Positions 1 to 7,926 of a stretch of 32,000 nt of DNA are shown piece after piece (the first letter of the stretch is position 1; each line of letters opens with the position of its first letter). The position numbers and the translations under genes are program-made. This DNA comes from Candidatus Methanoperedens sp. (lineage in GTDB: Archaea; Halobacteriota; Methanosarcinia; Methanosarcinales; Methanoperedenaceae). The notes beneath the pieces are model-generated. The model saw nothing but the letters and a program-made list of their open reading frames with translations. It did no database searches and was not told the DNA's origin. Location of the stretch: the NCBI GenBank assembly GCA_027460535.1, contig JAPZAR010000010.1, forward strand, positions 90,001 to 122,000, in the 5' to 3' direction.

Positions 1-161
1 GCGGCGTATTTTTTGTACCGCTCGAATGTAGTGTCCTTAATGCCTGAAATTATCGCTTTCTCCGCATTGATGATATTGATCTCTTCGCCGTTTAGCAATC
101 GCTTGGCAACATTACTTGCCATTCTTCCCAGAATAAGATTTTTTGCGTCAATTACTACCAT
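1..161 (-). CDS. rpl13: 50S ribosomal protein uL13 (L13), N-terminal fragment; gene continues beyond the left edge
   Basis: Minus-strand reading from the ATG (complement of 159-161) gives [52 protein letters not shown]..., which I recognise as a uL13 N-terminus. It starts 5 nt after the L18e stop, the usual archaeal L18e-L13 order. It is truncated, so it is absent from the ORF track. Confidence 0.8.
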   Translation of the reverse strand, partial: MVVIDAKNLILGRMASNVAKRLLNGEEINIINAEKAIISGIKDTTFERYKKYA

Positions 162-165
162 ATTT

Positions 166-528
166 TCACCCCATTATCTTTACTCTGGAACCTTCCGGGT
201 TCTTTGCCATAAGCTCTTCGATGGTAAGACAGGACCCGCCTGCAGCCGTTATCTTGTTCCTTGCGCCCCCGCTGAAACCCAACGCTGCAACTGTTATCTG
301 GTGATCCAGTTCTCCCGCTCCCAGGACTTTTCCGGGGACAAGTATGAGATCCTTTTCTTTCGTATACCTGTTGATCCTGCTGAGGTTGACTGCTCTCTGA
401 TTGCGTGTCGGGCCTTCAAGCCGCACAGCAATGTCGCGCCAGAGAGGTACTTCATTATCCCTGGACTGCTTTTTCAGGCCTGATATCAGGCCTAATAGTT
501 GTATGTTCGTCTTGTAATTATTTTTCAT
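166..528 (-). CDS. rpl18e: 50S ribosomal protein L18e
   Basis: 120-aa ORF with ...[11 protein letters not shown]...[11 protein letters not shown]...[11 protein letters not shown]...ITVAALGFS...KITAAGG.CLTIEEL...NPEGS.VKIMG, the archaeal L18e pattern. GGAGG lies 7 nt upstream of the ATG at 528. Confidence 0.9.
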   Translation of the reverse strand: MKNNYKTNIQLLGLISGLKKQSRDNEVPLWRDIAVRLEGPTRNQRAVNLSRINRYTKEKDLILVPGKVLGAGELDHQITVAALGFSGGARNKITAAGGSCLTIEELMAKNPEGSRVKIMG

Positions 529-810
529 TCTTTTCCTCCGTAAGACCTTTCCGGGTCCGACTCACGCAAACCGATATTTCGGTATTGGGGATATGCTAAC
601 ATACCCTTGTTCAATTGAACCTTTTTTAGAGGTTTTGATGCGTTCGGATCGTTTCGATCCATACGCCACAGGCGGATGCCTGCTACGGTTTGTTTAGAAT
701 CATAAAAAGATGATTCAACCGCCTCCAGATAACTTTCATATTACATAAATGTAACGTACATAGAACAGGGTAAGGTAACTTCTTTATACATCAAGCTCAC
801 TTTAAAAATT

Positions 811-1755
811 ATGCCTTTAAAACATGCCGGAAGCATGATCCGTGCGCTTGAGACTGACCCGGGCACAAAAGCATCCATGTTCAAATCCTTCGCGCGAAGG
901 CTGGAACTCTTCGGAAATGATATTTATTTCTTCAACGAACCTTTCACCCCGGTCTCGCTGACCGGCACCCATTGCTCTCTTACATGCAGGCATTGCAACT
1001 CGTATTACCTGCGCCACATGCTGGATGGCTCAAATGGAAAATTGCAATTTCAGGGATCTCTGCTGGCAGGTAAGGGCGCAAAAGGGATCCTTTTAAGCGG
1101 AGGGAGTGAAGCGGATGGAAGTGTCCCAGCATACCTGTTCGCTGATACCGTCCGGAAACTCAAAAAGAGCACAAAACTCAAGATCAGCGCGCATACCGGC
1201 ATCGTGAACCGTGAGCAAGCAGGGGCGCTTTCCGGATTCCTCGACATGGCTCTCGTGGACGTTCTGGGCGACGACGAGACCATTCACGATATCCTTGGCC
1301 TCGATGCCAATGTTATGGATTACGAGAGAACCCTAAAAGAGCTTTCTTCTGCCGGTATCCCCCTTGCCCCTCACATCATTGTGGGCCTGCATAACGGCCA
1401 GCTGAAAGGGGAGTTCAAAGCCCTTGAAATGGCGAAAGAATTCGATCCTGAGGTGGTAGTGATCGTGATATTTATTCCCACAAAAGGAACAGACATGGAG
1501 GGAACTGCGCCTCCGGCACTTGAGGACGTGGTCAAAGTGATCGCGAAGGCGCGGGAGATGTTCGATATCCCGCTTTCATTGAGCTGCGTGCGCCCCGGAG
1601 GCAGGTACCGCTCCGCACTTGACAAGTACGCCATCCTGAGCGGGATTGACAGGATAGCAGTGCCTTCGAGGAGCGCCTTCACAATAAGCAAGGAACTTGG
1701 ATTGAATATCGTTGAAATCCCGAAAATGTGCTGTTCCTATAGCGTTTTACGATGA
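811..1755 (+). CDS. Radical SAM protein (biotin-synthase/lipoyl-synthase-like size class); exact function unknown
   Basis: The CSLTCRHC motif is the canonical CX3CX2C radical-SAM cluster motif. A GILLSGGSE glycine-rich SAM-binding-like stretch is present. Extra Cys occur in SLSCVRPGG and C-terminal KMCCSYS, which could ligate an auxiliary cluster. A TATA-like 'tttataca' sits ~24 nt upstream of the ATG, so the mRNA may be leaderless. Confidence 0.85.
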   Translation: MPLKHAGSMIRALETDPGTKASMFKSFARRLELFGNDIYFFNEPFTPVSLTGTHCSLTCRHCNSYYLRHMLDGSNGKLQFQGSLLAGKGAKGILLSGGSEADGSVPAYLFADTVRKLKKSTKLKISAHTGIVNREQAGALSGFLDMALVDVLGDDETIHDILGLDANVMDYERTLKELSSAGIPLAPHIIVGLHNGQLKGEFKALEMAKEFDPEVVVIVIFIPTKGTDMEGTAPPALEDVVKVIAKAREMFDIPLSLSCVRPGGRYRSALDKYAILSGIDRIAVPSRSAFTISKELGLNIVEIPKMCCSYSVLR

Positions 1756-2573
1756 AAAAGATAGCGAGCCGCGAGGATATAGATATTTTTGCACCCCATA
1801 ATTCAAGGTTTTCCTTCCTGAAAAGCCCGTACGCAGCCCATAAGACATTCAGTGCCGTGGATATTTATTACGGTGATTTCGGCAGCGAAGCCCTTTCCCC
1901 AGTTGATGGCAAAATTATTGACATCCGCAGTTTCGATACGCCCACGCCTTTTAAGAACCGGGATTCCAAAGAATATGTCATGGCCCTGGAACAGGGAGGA
2001 CATGTAATTAAAATACTTCATATAAAACCCGACGTATCGATTGGAATGGAGATCTCAAAGGGAGATAAAATAGGGACATTCGTACGCAACGGTTACTTCA
2101 TTTTCTGGAACGACCCCGTGATGCATGTCGAGGTCCGCAAGTCCGGGGATTATCTGCGCGCTTCGAACGATTTGCCGCTTACTCCGTATATCGAATGGGA
2201 AGATCTTCCTTCATCAAAATCACTCGAACTCGTATGCCGGGTTGAAAAAATTCTTGATAACTACTCACTCCTTTGCGCACCTTACGATACATGCGGCAAT
2301 GTCATGGGATTTGCCATGTGTGGAGGATTCATTGACGGCTATATTTCCTCAGATCACGATGAAGGATTTTTTGGCATCGTCAATCCACAGGGATTTCTTA
2401 ATCCTCAGGTGTCAGAGCTTGAGATCACAAGTGGTGGAAAGGAAATTAAATGCAGCGGCATCTCTTTCTGCCTCTCTTTGACCCAACCGCGGATCAAGGT
2501 GATACCGAAGAAATACGGTGATAAACCTTTTTCGCCGGATGAAGAGGTTCGCATCAGGATCAAAGTTTTGTAA
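1752..2573 (+). CDS. Hypothetical protein with a barrel-sandwich-hybrid-like (M23/lipoyl-like) signature; possibly the archaeal DUF2118 type (from memory, unverified)
   Basis: The start overlaps the radical SAM stop by 4 nt (ATGA), suggesting translational coupling. The pattern SPVDGKIIDI ... HVIKILHIKPDVSIGMEISKGDKIGTF ... MHVEVRK resembles the beta-hybrid motif of M23 peptidases and lipoyl/biotinyl domains. The full HxxxD/HxH metal ligand set of M23 is not evident. Confidence 0.6.
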   Translation: MKKIASREDIDIFAPHNSRFSFLKSPYAAHKTFSAVDIYYGDFGSEALSPVDGKIIDIRSFDTPTPFKNRDSKEYVMALEQGGHVIKILHIKPDVSIGMEISKGDKIGTFVRNGYFIFWNDPVMHVEVRKSGDYLRASNDLPLTPYIEWEDLPSSKSLELVCRVEKILDNYSLLCAPYDTCGNVMGFAMCGGFIDGYISSDHDEGFFGIVNPQGFLNPQVSELEITSGGKEIKCSGISFCLSLTQPRIKVIPKKYGDKPFSPDEEVRIRIKVL

Positions 2574-3045
2574 TGATCGGTTTCTTCCGAAGCCTCGTCC
2601 TCAACACATCCGCAGCGCTGCTCAGATCGGTATCATAGAGGTCTTTTATCTTCGAATTGTACAGGAACGTATATATTTTTTTCAGCTTTGCCTCGTTCCT
2701 GTCCTTCAATACCGTATTCTCAGGCGCTAAAATGGCATCAAAATCATGGTTTGCCAGTATGAATTCCCTCAAATGGTCCGCTGTCTTCATTTCAGGTAAA
2801 ATCCGCAGCATCCAGATTATGGGCGGACCCCTGGTCTTTCGTTGCTTCGGGCCGTCGTGGATGTACAGCCCGAACCGCAGGTCTTTTTTTTCAAGGATAG
2901 CTGTCAGGGTCATAGCCCCTGCCCCGCTGCATACCTCCACCTTCTCGCTCAGGACGGCGTAACCCATTTCCGCCAATTCTTCTTTTGCGAACTGCAGAAG
3001 CGAGAGTTCGTATTCCTGCTCGGGAACGTCCCAGTAATCGCTCAT
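2560..3045 (-). CDS. Hypothetical protein (161 aa)
   Basis: The track ORF is 2560..3153. I prefer the internal ATG at 3045 (MSDYWDVPEQEYELS...) because the longer form would overlap the divergent gcvH-like start at 3100. I recognise no motif. The 3' end overlaps the convergent 1752..2573 gene by 14 nt. Confidence 0.5.
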   Translation of the reverse strand: MSDYWDVPEQEYELSLLQFAKEELAEMGYAVLSEKVEVCSGAGAMTLTAILEKKDLRFGLYIHDGPKQRKTRGPPIIWMLRILPEMKTADHLREFILANHDFDAILAPENTVLKDRNEAKLKKIYTFLYNSKIKDLYDTDLSSAADVLRTRLRKKPIITKL

Positions 3046-3099
3046 GACATCCAGCAGGTATCGATGGATATTTATACCTATCTTCAAATCTAACGCACC

Positions 3100-3522
3100 A
3101 TGAAGGCCTACGAATTCGAATTCCCGGAAGACAGGTATTACCTGAAAAACCATGTGTGGCTAAAGCCTGTGAACGGGGAGATCCAGATAGGCATTACAGA
3201 ACTCGGGCAGTCCCTCTCCAAAGGGATAGTGCATATCGACCTTCCTGAAGTGGGTGAATCAATAAAAAAGGATGATATGCTTCTTGCTTATGAGACCATA
3301 AAAGCCGTATCGCAGATCTCCGTGCCTTTTGATGCCGAAGTCACGGAAGTGAACGAGAAGCTCTGGGATGACCCGAATATCATTAACGCCGATCCGTACA
3401 ATGAATGGCTCGTGAAAATAAAAGCCAGGTTCAGCGAGCGCTCACTTATGAACGTGAAAGATGCCGTGGAATTCTATACGAAATTGATAGCCAGAGAGCG
3501 GGAACGATACGCGGGTACCTGA
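3100..3522 (+). CDS. gcvH: Glycine-cleavage H-protein-like lipoyl carrier (GcvH family), paralogue 1
   Basis: 140 aa. The N-terminal YYLKNHVWLKP...IGITELGQ and the lipoyl-lysine context AYETIKAVSQI (E-x-x-K-A motif) are followed by ...DPYNEWLVKIK, all typical of GcvH. Confidence 0.8.
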   Translation: MKAYEFEFPEDRYYLKNHVWLKPVNGEIQIGITELGQSLSKGIVHIDLPEVGESIKKDDMLLAYETIKAVSQISVPFDAEVTEVNEKLWDDPNIINADPYNEWLVKIKARFSERSLMNVKDAVEFYTKLIARERERYAGT

Positions 3523-3523
3523 A

Positions 3524-4567
3524 ATGCGCAAAGACCTTCTGGAACGATTATCAAATGCCCATGGCGTTTCAGGTTATGAGGGAAATGTAAGGAAGATCAT
3601 AGAAAATGAGGTCAGACCTTACGCAGATGAGATCAGGATAGACAGAATGGGGAATCTCATAGCCACGAAATCCGGAGGGAACCCTGTGGTGATGCTGGCT
3701 GCTCACATGGACGAGATAGGCCTGATGGTAAAATACATCGATGAGAAAGGTTTCGCGTTCTTCGCAAAAACAGGGGGCTGGTTTGACCAGACGCTCCTCA
3801 ACAAGAGAATGGTTTTGCACACAGAAAACGGTCCTGTTTACGGGGTAATCGGCGGAAAGCCCCCTCATGCTATGAAAGAGGAGGAAAAGAAGAAGCCGGT
3901 GAAGGTTGAGGATATGTTCATCGATGTGGGAGCAAGGGACAGGGATGATGCGGAAAAGCTCGGTGTGAAAATAGGGACACCTGTAATGCCTGATATGGAA
4001 TTCAGGACGCTTGGGAATGGCATGGTCACGGGCAAGGCTCTGGATAACCGCGGGGGCTGTGCTGCGCTGATAGAAGCCATGCGGCGGATGGGGGAAGTGA
4101 AGGCCACGGTCCATGCTGTTTTCACAGTACAGGAAGAGGTGGGGCTGAAAGGCGCGCGGACATCAGCTTTCGGGCTGAACCCTGATGTTGCACTGGCGGT
4201 GGATGTGACATTTGCCGGCGACCATCCCGGTATAGAGAAGAAAGATTCCACACTTGAAATAGGAAAAGGCCCGGCAATAACGGTCAGTGATGCTTCAGGA
4301 GAGGGGATAATAGTACCTGAAGCTGTACTGAAATGGTTGAAGGGAACGGCGGAATCGAATAATATCCCATATCAGCTCAAGGTTGGAGCAGGTGGAACAA
4401 CAGACGCCTCTATAATACACCTGTCGCGCGAAGGCATACCCACAGGCGTCATCAGCACGCCATCGAGGTACATCCATACACCTGTAACTGTAATGAATAT
4501 GGACGATCTTGAAAACAGCACGCAGCTTATAACTCATGCAGTAGGAGCTGTGGGGAAATTTTTTTAG
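3524..4567 (+). CDS. M42 family metallo-aminopeptidase (TET/FrvX-like)
   Basis: 347 aa. LLERLSNAHGVSGYE..VR..I, DRMGNLIA, AHMDEIGLMV, GKALDNRGGCA, FTVQEEVGLKGA and a C-terminal PSRYIHTP are characteristic M42 blocks. The start is 2 nt after the gcvH-like stop. Confidence 0.85.
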   Translation: MRKDLLERLSNAHGVSGYEGNVRKIIENEVRPYADEIRIDRMGNLIATKSGGNPVVMLAAHMDEIGLMVKYIDEKGFAFFAKTGGWFDQTLLNKRMVLHTENGPVYGVIGGKPPHAMKEEEKKKPVKVEDMFIDVGARDRDDAEKLGVKIGTPVMPDMEFRTLGNGMVTGKALDNRGGCAALIEAMRRMGEVKATVHAVFTVQEEVGLKGARTSAFGLNPDVALAVDVTFAGDHPGIEKKDSTLEIGKGPAITVSDASGEGIIVPEAVLKWLKGTAESNNIPYQLKVGAGGTTDASIIHLSREGIPTGVISTPSRYIHTPVTVMNMDDLENSTQLITHAVGAVGKFF

Positions 4568-4623
4568 TGACATTTAAAAACAAATGTTAAAAATAACAGG
4601 TGAATGGATGGCAGTGACCGATA

Positions 4624-4638
4624 CAATTGGTGTTGGTA
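4624..4638. repeat. Left copy of a 15-nt imperfect inverted repeat bounding the low-GC islet
   Basis: caattggtgttggta (4624-4638) compared with the reverse complement of 7031-7045 (caatttgtgttggta) matches at 14/15 positions. An adjacent 8-mer gttatcct (4639-4646) also recurs inverted at 7049-7056. Confidence 0.5.
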
Positions 4639-4778
4639 GTTATCCTATTGTGGAATATATTACCTTAACACGGGATTAAGGTGAATTGTAGTTACATTTA
4701 TACTTTTATACTTATTTGAACTCTCCATCAAACCAGTTATCCTAATATATATATTTCACAGAGGTTAATATCTCATCT

Positions 4779-6023
4779 CTAATTTGTCAAGTTTTTTCTC
4801 ATATTCTCTATTGCTTTTTCAACAAGATCTACTACAAATTTATTGCCTTTATCACCTTTATTTTTCTCAATACTCAAAAGCTTACTTAACGGAGTTTCTA
4901 ATGATTCTAAGACTGTTCTGAGTCCATTTTTCGCAGCACTTGCTTCGATATTATAGAATGATGCAGCTAATACTGGTAAACCAAGTAATTTATTTTTATC
5001 CACTATGTCTAGAATTTCTGTTAGTTCATTTATTGCTGATATTGTTGCATTTTCTCGCTTTTTGTTTGCAGTAGTAAAACCATTTTTGAACAGTACTTTG
5101 ATTATTTCTATAATAATGTAATCATTTTCTTCCTTTTCAGCATGTTTTACAACGTTGTGCAAATGTTCAATAATATGCTCGATTATTTTCTTATCTTCAT
5201 CACCCTTAAAATCATCTTTTTCAAAAATTTTATTAGTATGGTATCCAATCACATTCAATCCCTCTATTGCAGTCTCGGAATCATAATTCTTCAAAGAACT
5301 ATGCACAATATCAATGACTGGCTGGATCGGATCTTTATCCTTGTTAACATAAGATTGAATATTGTAACCTTCAAACTTGTTGTTATTTAAGGCAAATAAA
5401 ATATTCTCTTTGGTTATATCTTCTGATAAAATTCCCATTATCTTTGATGGTTTAAGCAAATCAAGAGTTTTCCGTAAGTAGGGGATTAAAGTGATGAATG
5501 CAATAGCACCAAAAGAATAAGATAAATAAATATATTTTTCAATGCTTTCTAAATTGCCCGTTTTAATCATTTCTAAAACAAACAAACCAAAAACAATAGA
5601 CCATATATATATTATTATAAGTACCCAGAAGTCTGGATTCTTGAATTTGAATATATCTATAATTCTTGTTGAATACGATGATGCTGAATGTTGTACAGCA
5701 ACTAATGTTAATGATATAACTATAGCAACTATTGAAGCTTCACATTGTACTAATGCACTGAGCATATAACGTGAGCTGTCATCATCAGTATGTACGAAAA
5801 AAGTTATTAAAATATATGTTAACACAAGAATAATTATCAAAAACATTATCAAATAATAACAGAGCTGTACAAACCAAATTTTATAATTAAAAGGTAAATA
5901 TTCTTTAATTCGAAAAAACCATAATCTGCTTATACCTACCAAAAATCCAAAAAAATAGCCTAAAACAAATATTAATAAAATTGTTATTAAAATTTCTTGT
6001 AAATAATTTCTTTCAAATTTCAT
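4779..6023 (-). CDS. Multi-pass membrane protein, DUF2254-like (from memory), with a C-terminal soluble helical domain
   Basis: The track ORF starts at a TTG at 6035; the first ATG is at 6023 (MKFERNY...). There are several N-terminal hydrophobic helices. The segment LSALVQCEASIVAIVISLTLVAVQHSASSYSTRII resembles the DUF2254 signature (..Q..A......S..LVA.Q..S.Q.SPR..). The C-terminal ~200 aa are charged and helical. The gene is very AT-rich. Confidence 0.7.
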   Translation of the reverse strand: MKFERNYLQEILITILLIFVLGYFFGFLVGISRLWFFRIKEYLPFNYKIWFVQLCYYLIMFLIIILVLTYILITFFVHTDDDSSRYMLSALVQCEASIVAIVISLTLVAVQHSASSYSTRIIDIFKFKNPDFWVLIIIYIWSIVFGLFVLEMIKTGNLESIEKYIYLSYSFGAIAFITLIPYLRKTLDLLKPSKIMGILSEDITKENILFALNNNKFEGYNIQSYVNKDKDPIQPVIDIVHSSLKNYDSETAIEGLNVIGYHTNKIFEKDDFKGDEDKKIIEHIIEHLHNVVKHAEKEENDYIIIEIIKVLFKNGFTTANKKRENATISAINELTEILDIVDKNKLLGLPVLAASFYNIEASAAKNGLRTVLESLETPLSKLLSIEKNKGDKGNKFVVDLVEKAIENMRKNLTN

Positions 6024-6133
6024 TCGAGGTAACAACAGTCGATATAATAATATAGATATCGAAAAGTGACATTAAATAAAAATCCCATCCTAGAAAAAAT
6101 GCCAGTGAAGAAAAATTCAAAACCTCTGATTAG

Positions 6134-6159
6134 AAAAATTACACTTCTTTACAAAGAAG
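6134..6159 (-). terminator. Hairpin plus T-run downstream of the 6168..6875 gene
   Basis: The palindrome cttctttacaaagaag (6144-6159) lies ~9 nt after the stop. On the minus strand it is followed by ttttt (complement of 6134-6138). Confidence 0.35.
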
Positions 6160-6167
6160 CTGTATTT

Positions 6168-6875
6168 CTATTCATAATAATACCTATAAGGTATAAACTC
6201 GTATTTTGTTTCATTTATAATATTTACTTTAAAAGTAGTTACAGTTACTAAAGGCTTTGTAACTTCTATAGTTTGATATCCAGAACCGGAAGATATAGAA
6301 TAAATTATACTTTGGTTTCCTTTGTTAACTGTCGAATATTCTAATCTTATTGATGCAAGTAGTTGGTATTTACCATTTTTTGACAAATTGTATTTCTTAT
6401 CTAGCTCGGAGTTGTCAAATTGTTCAACAATTTCTGTCCCAGGTAATAGATAGTCATCTACATTGTGCATTGATAAAGCCGAGAATGGTATTGGTATGAA
6501 TACTGGATCATAAACAAATGGTCCAAGCCCAATACCTATTCGATCTATTTTGGCTGGCAATTTACCTATGTTTTTAGTACGAAACTTTAACGTTCCACTT
6601 GGAGAATCTGTACAAATTTCAAGATCATTACTACAAGGTTCAATAGAAATCCATGGTCGTGCATCAAGTTCATATAATGCATTATATTTTTGTGTTAAAT
6701 TGGCTATTTGGTCATCAGATTTTGATAGCTCATAAGTATAATTTGCCAAATGTTGGGTATATTTGGCAACATCGGTTGTAGCTATATACAACCCATATGT
6801 AGCTACAACTAACATAAGGGTGGCTACGACTAACATAAAATTGGCTATGACTAACATCCAATCATTTAATTTCAT
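6168..6875 (-). CDS. Membrane-anchored hypothetical protein (single N-terminal TM built from a heptad repeat, beta-rich C-terminal domain)
   Basis: The track ORF is 6168..6908. I prefer the ATG at 6875 (MKLNDWMLVIANF...) because AGAGGT lies 4-5 nt upstream of it, and no SD precedes 6908. I recognise no family. Confidence 0.6.
   Translation of the reverse strand: MKLNDWMLVIANFMLVVATLMLVVATYGLYIATTDVAKYTQHLANYTYELSKSDDQIANLTQKYNALYELDARPWISIEPCSNDLEICTDSPSGTLKFRTKNIGKLPAKIDRIGIGLGPFVYDPVFIPIPFSALSMHNVDDYLLPGTEIVEQFDNSELDKKYNLSKNGKYQLLASIRLEYSTVNKGNQSIIYSISSGSGYQTIEVTKPLVTVTTFKVNIINETKYEFIPYRYYYE
6798..6860 (-). repeat. 3 x 21-nt imperfect tandem repeat inside the CDS, encoding MLVIANF/MLVVATL/MLVVATY
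   Basis: Units are tgtagctacaactaacataag / ggtggctacgactaacataaa / attggctatgactaacatcca. Neighbouring units match at 16-17 of 21 positions. Confidence 0.75.
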
Positions 6876-7030
6876 GTTACCTCTTTCATCAGATTTCGTA
6901 TTAAACATATCTAATTATTGTGAAATAATATTAAAGTTAACTTAATTTGATAGTAGTAGGATTTCTATGTTTGGATTGAGAGAACTGCATATAATTTTTG
7001 TAATATTCATTTTTTAGGCTCGCTTCAATT

Positions 7031-7045
7031 TACCAACACAAATTG
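7031..7045. repeat. Right copy of the 15-nt inverted repeat bounding the low-GC islet
   Basis: taccaacacaaattg is the reverse complement of caatttgtgttggta. It is embedded in a local hairpin, caattt-accaacac-aaattg (7026-7045), ~63 nt upstream of the gcvH-like ATG. Confidence 0.5.
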
Positions 7046-7107
7046 AAAAGGATAACAACAAAAGTTATATACGACTATGTAATAACCAAAGGTCACGGAG
7101 AAAAATT

Positions 7108-7536
7108 ATGGTAGAGATAGAGGGATATAATCTTCCTGATGAGTTGTATTACACCAAGGATCACACCTGGGCAAGAATCGAGGATAATGGCACGGTAACA
7201 GTAGGCATGGATGCATTTGGCGCAAAAGCCGCTGGCAACATCGAGTTTATAGACCTTCCCATGGAAGATGATGAATTCGAGGGCGGCGATGCGTTCGGCT
7301 CGCTGGAATCTGCCAAATGGGTTGGAGGCCTCCTTATGCCCGTAGGCGGGAAGGTCACCGGGGTCAATGAAACCATTGAAGATGACCTGGGACTCCTCTC
7401 AAAAGACCCTTATGGGGAAGGTTGGCTGATCAAGGTCAAGCCCTCCAATCTCAAAGAGGACACAAAGGCCCTCATTCACGGCAATGATGTGGGGCCGTGG
7501 CTCAAGAAAGAGATCGAAACCAGGAAGAAAAAATAA
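7108..7536 (+). CDS. gcvH: Glycine-cleavage H-protein-like lipoyl carrier (GcvH family), paralogue 2
   Basis: 142 aa. YYTKDHTWARI..., VGMDAFG, the lipoyl-lysine context SLESAKWVG, and DPYGEGWLIKVK are present. GGAG lies 7 nt upstream of the ATG, and TATA-like ttatatac sits at 7065-7072. Confidence 0.8.
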   Translation: MVEIEGYNLPDELYYTKDHTWARIEDNGTVTVGMDAFGAKAAGNIEFIDLPMEDDEFEGGDAFGSLESAKWVGGLLMPVGGKVTGVNETIEDDLGLLSKDPYGEGWLIKVKPSNLKEDTKALIHGNDVGPWLKKEIETRKKK

Positions 7537-7926
7537 CTACCAGTTCTCATTTTCTTCTTTGAACTTATAATCGACAACTTCGAGCTTTACCTGCTCCCCC
7601 TTATTATTATAGCACGTCCAGCTTGTCACATCATAAGGCGCCCCTGCGATGATATGAAACATACCTTTCTGGTCAAAGAGTTCCAGGTCTGCCTTTGAAG
7701 GTCTTCTGTTCCCCGAGGGGTGGCTGTGCACCGTCCCTATTGTGTGTATGTTTGGAAGCATGAATAATTGCATCACTGCACTTTCATCGCTTGACTCTGT
7801 TCCCGGGACGATGACCACGTCTGTAATGATGTCCCCGGTTGCAGAAAGCATGCCTGCGAACTCCCTGGGAGCGGAGGATTTGCTCACTTCCAGAATGAAC
7901 AATAAAGTGTCTCTTGCGATTTTCAT
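7537..7926 (-). CDS. JAMM/MPN+ metalloprotease domain protein
   Basis: 129 aa. A conserved Glu (APREFAG) is followed by HSHPSGNRRPSKAD, which matches the HxHx7Sx2D JAMM zinc motif. The gene is convergent with gcvH paralogue 2, with no spacer. Confidence 0.85.
   Translation of the reverse strand: MKIARDTLLFILEVSKSSAPREFAGMLSATGDIITDVVIVPGTESSDESAVMQLFMLPNIHTIGTVHSHPSGNRRPSKADLELFDQKGMFHIIAGAPYDVTSWTCYNNKGEQVKLEVVDYKFKEENENW

Larger units (their letters stand above)
4570..7060. other. Low-GC islet (~28% GC in spot counts versus ~43-50% in flanks) carrying two minus-strand membrane-protein genes
   Basis: Hand counts of 60-nt lines gave 17/60 GC at 5581-5640 against 26/60 at 3601-3660. The composition changes right after the M42 stop and returns to normal just before the second gcvH-like gene. 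Confidence 0.7.

Noticed and set aside
13-483. 156-aa plus-strand ORF at the left edge.
   Set aside because: It is antisense to the clearly recognisable L13 and L18e genes, and I recognise no motifs in it.
529-810. Search for a tRNA (some archaea have one upstream of rpl18e), a C/D-box sRNA or another known RNA.
   Set aside because: I found no acceptor/T-arm geometry, no GTTCRAATC-like T-loop, and no paired C (RUGAUGA) and D (CUGA) boxes. Only generic hairpins are present, reported separately at low interest.
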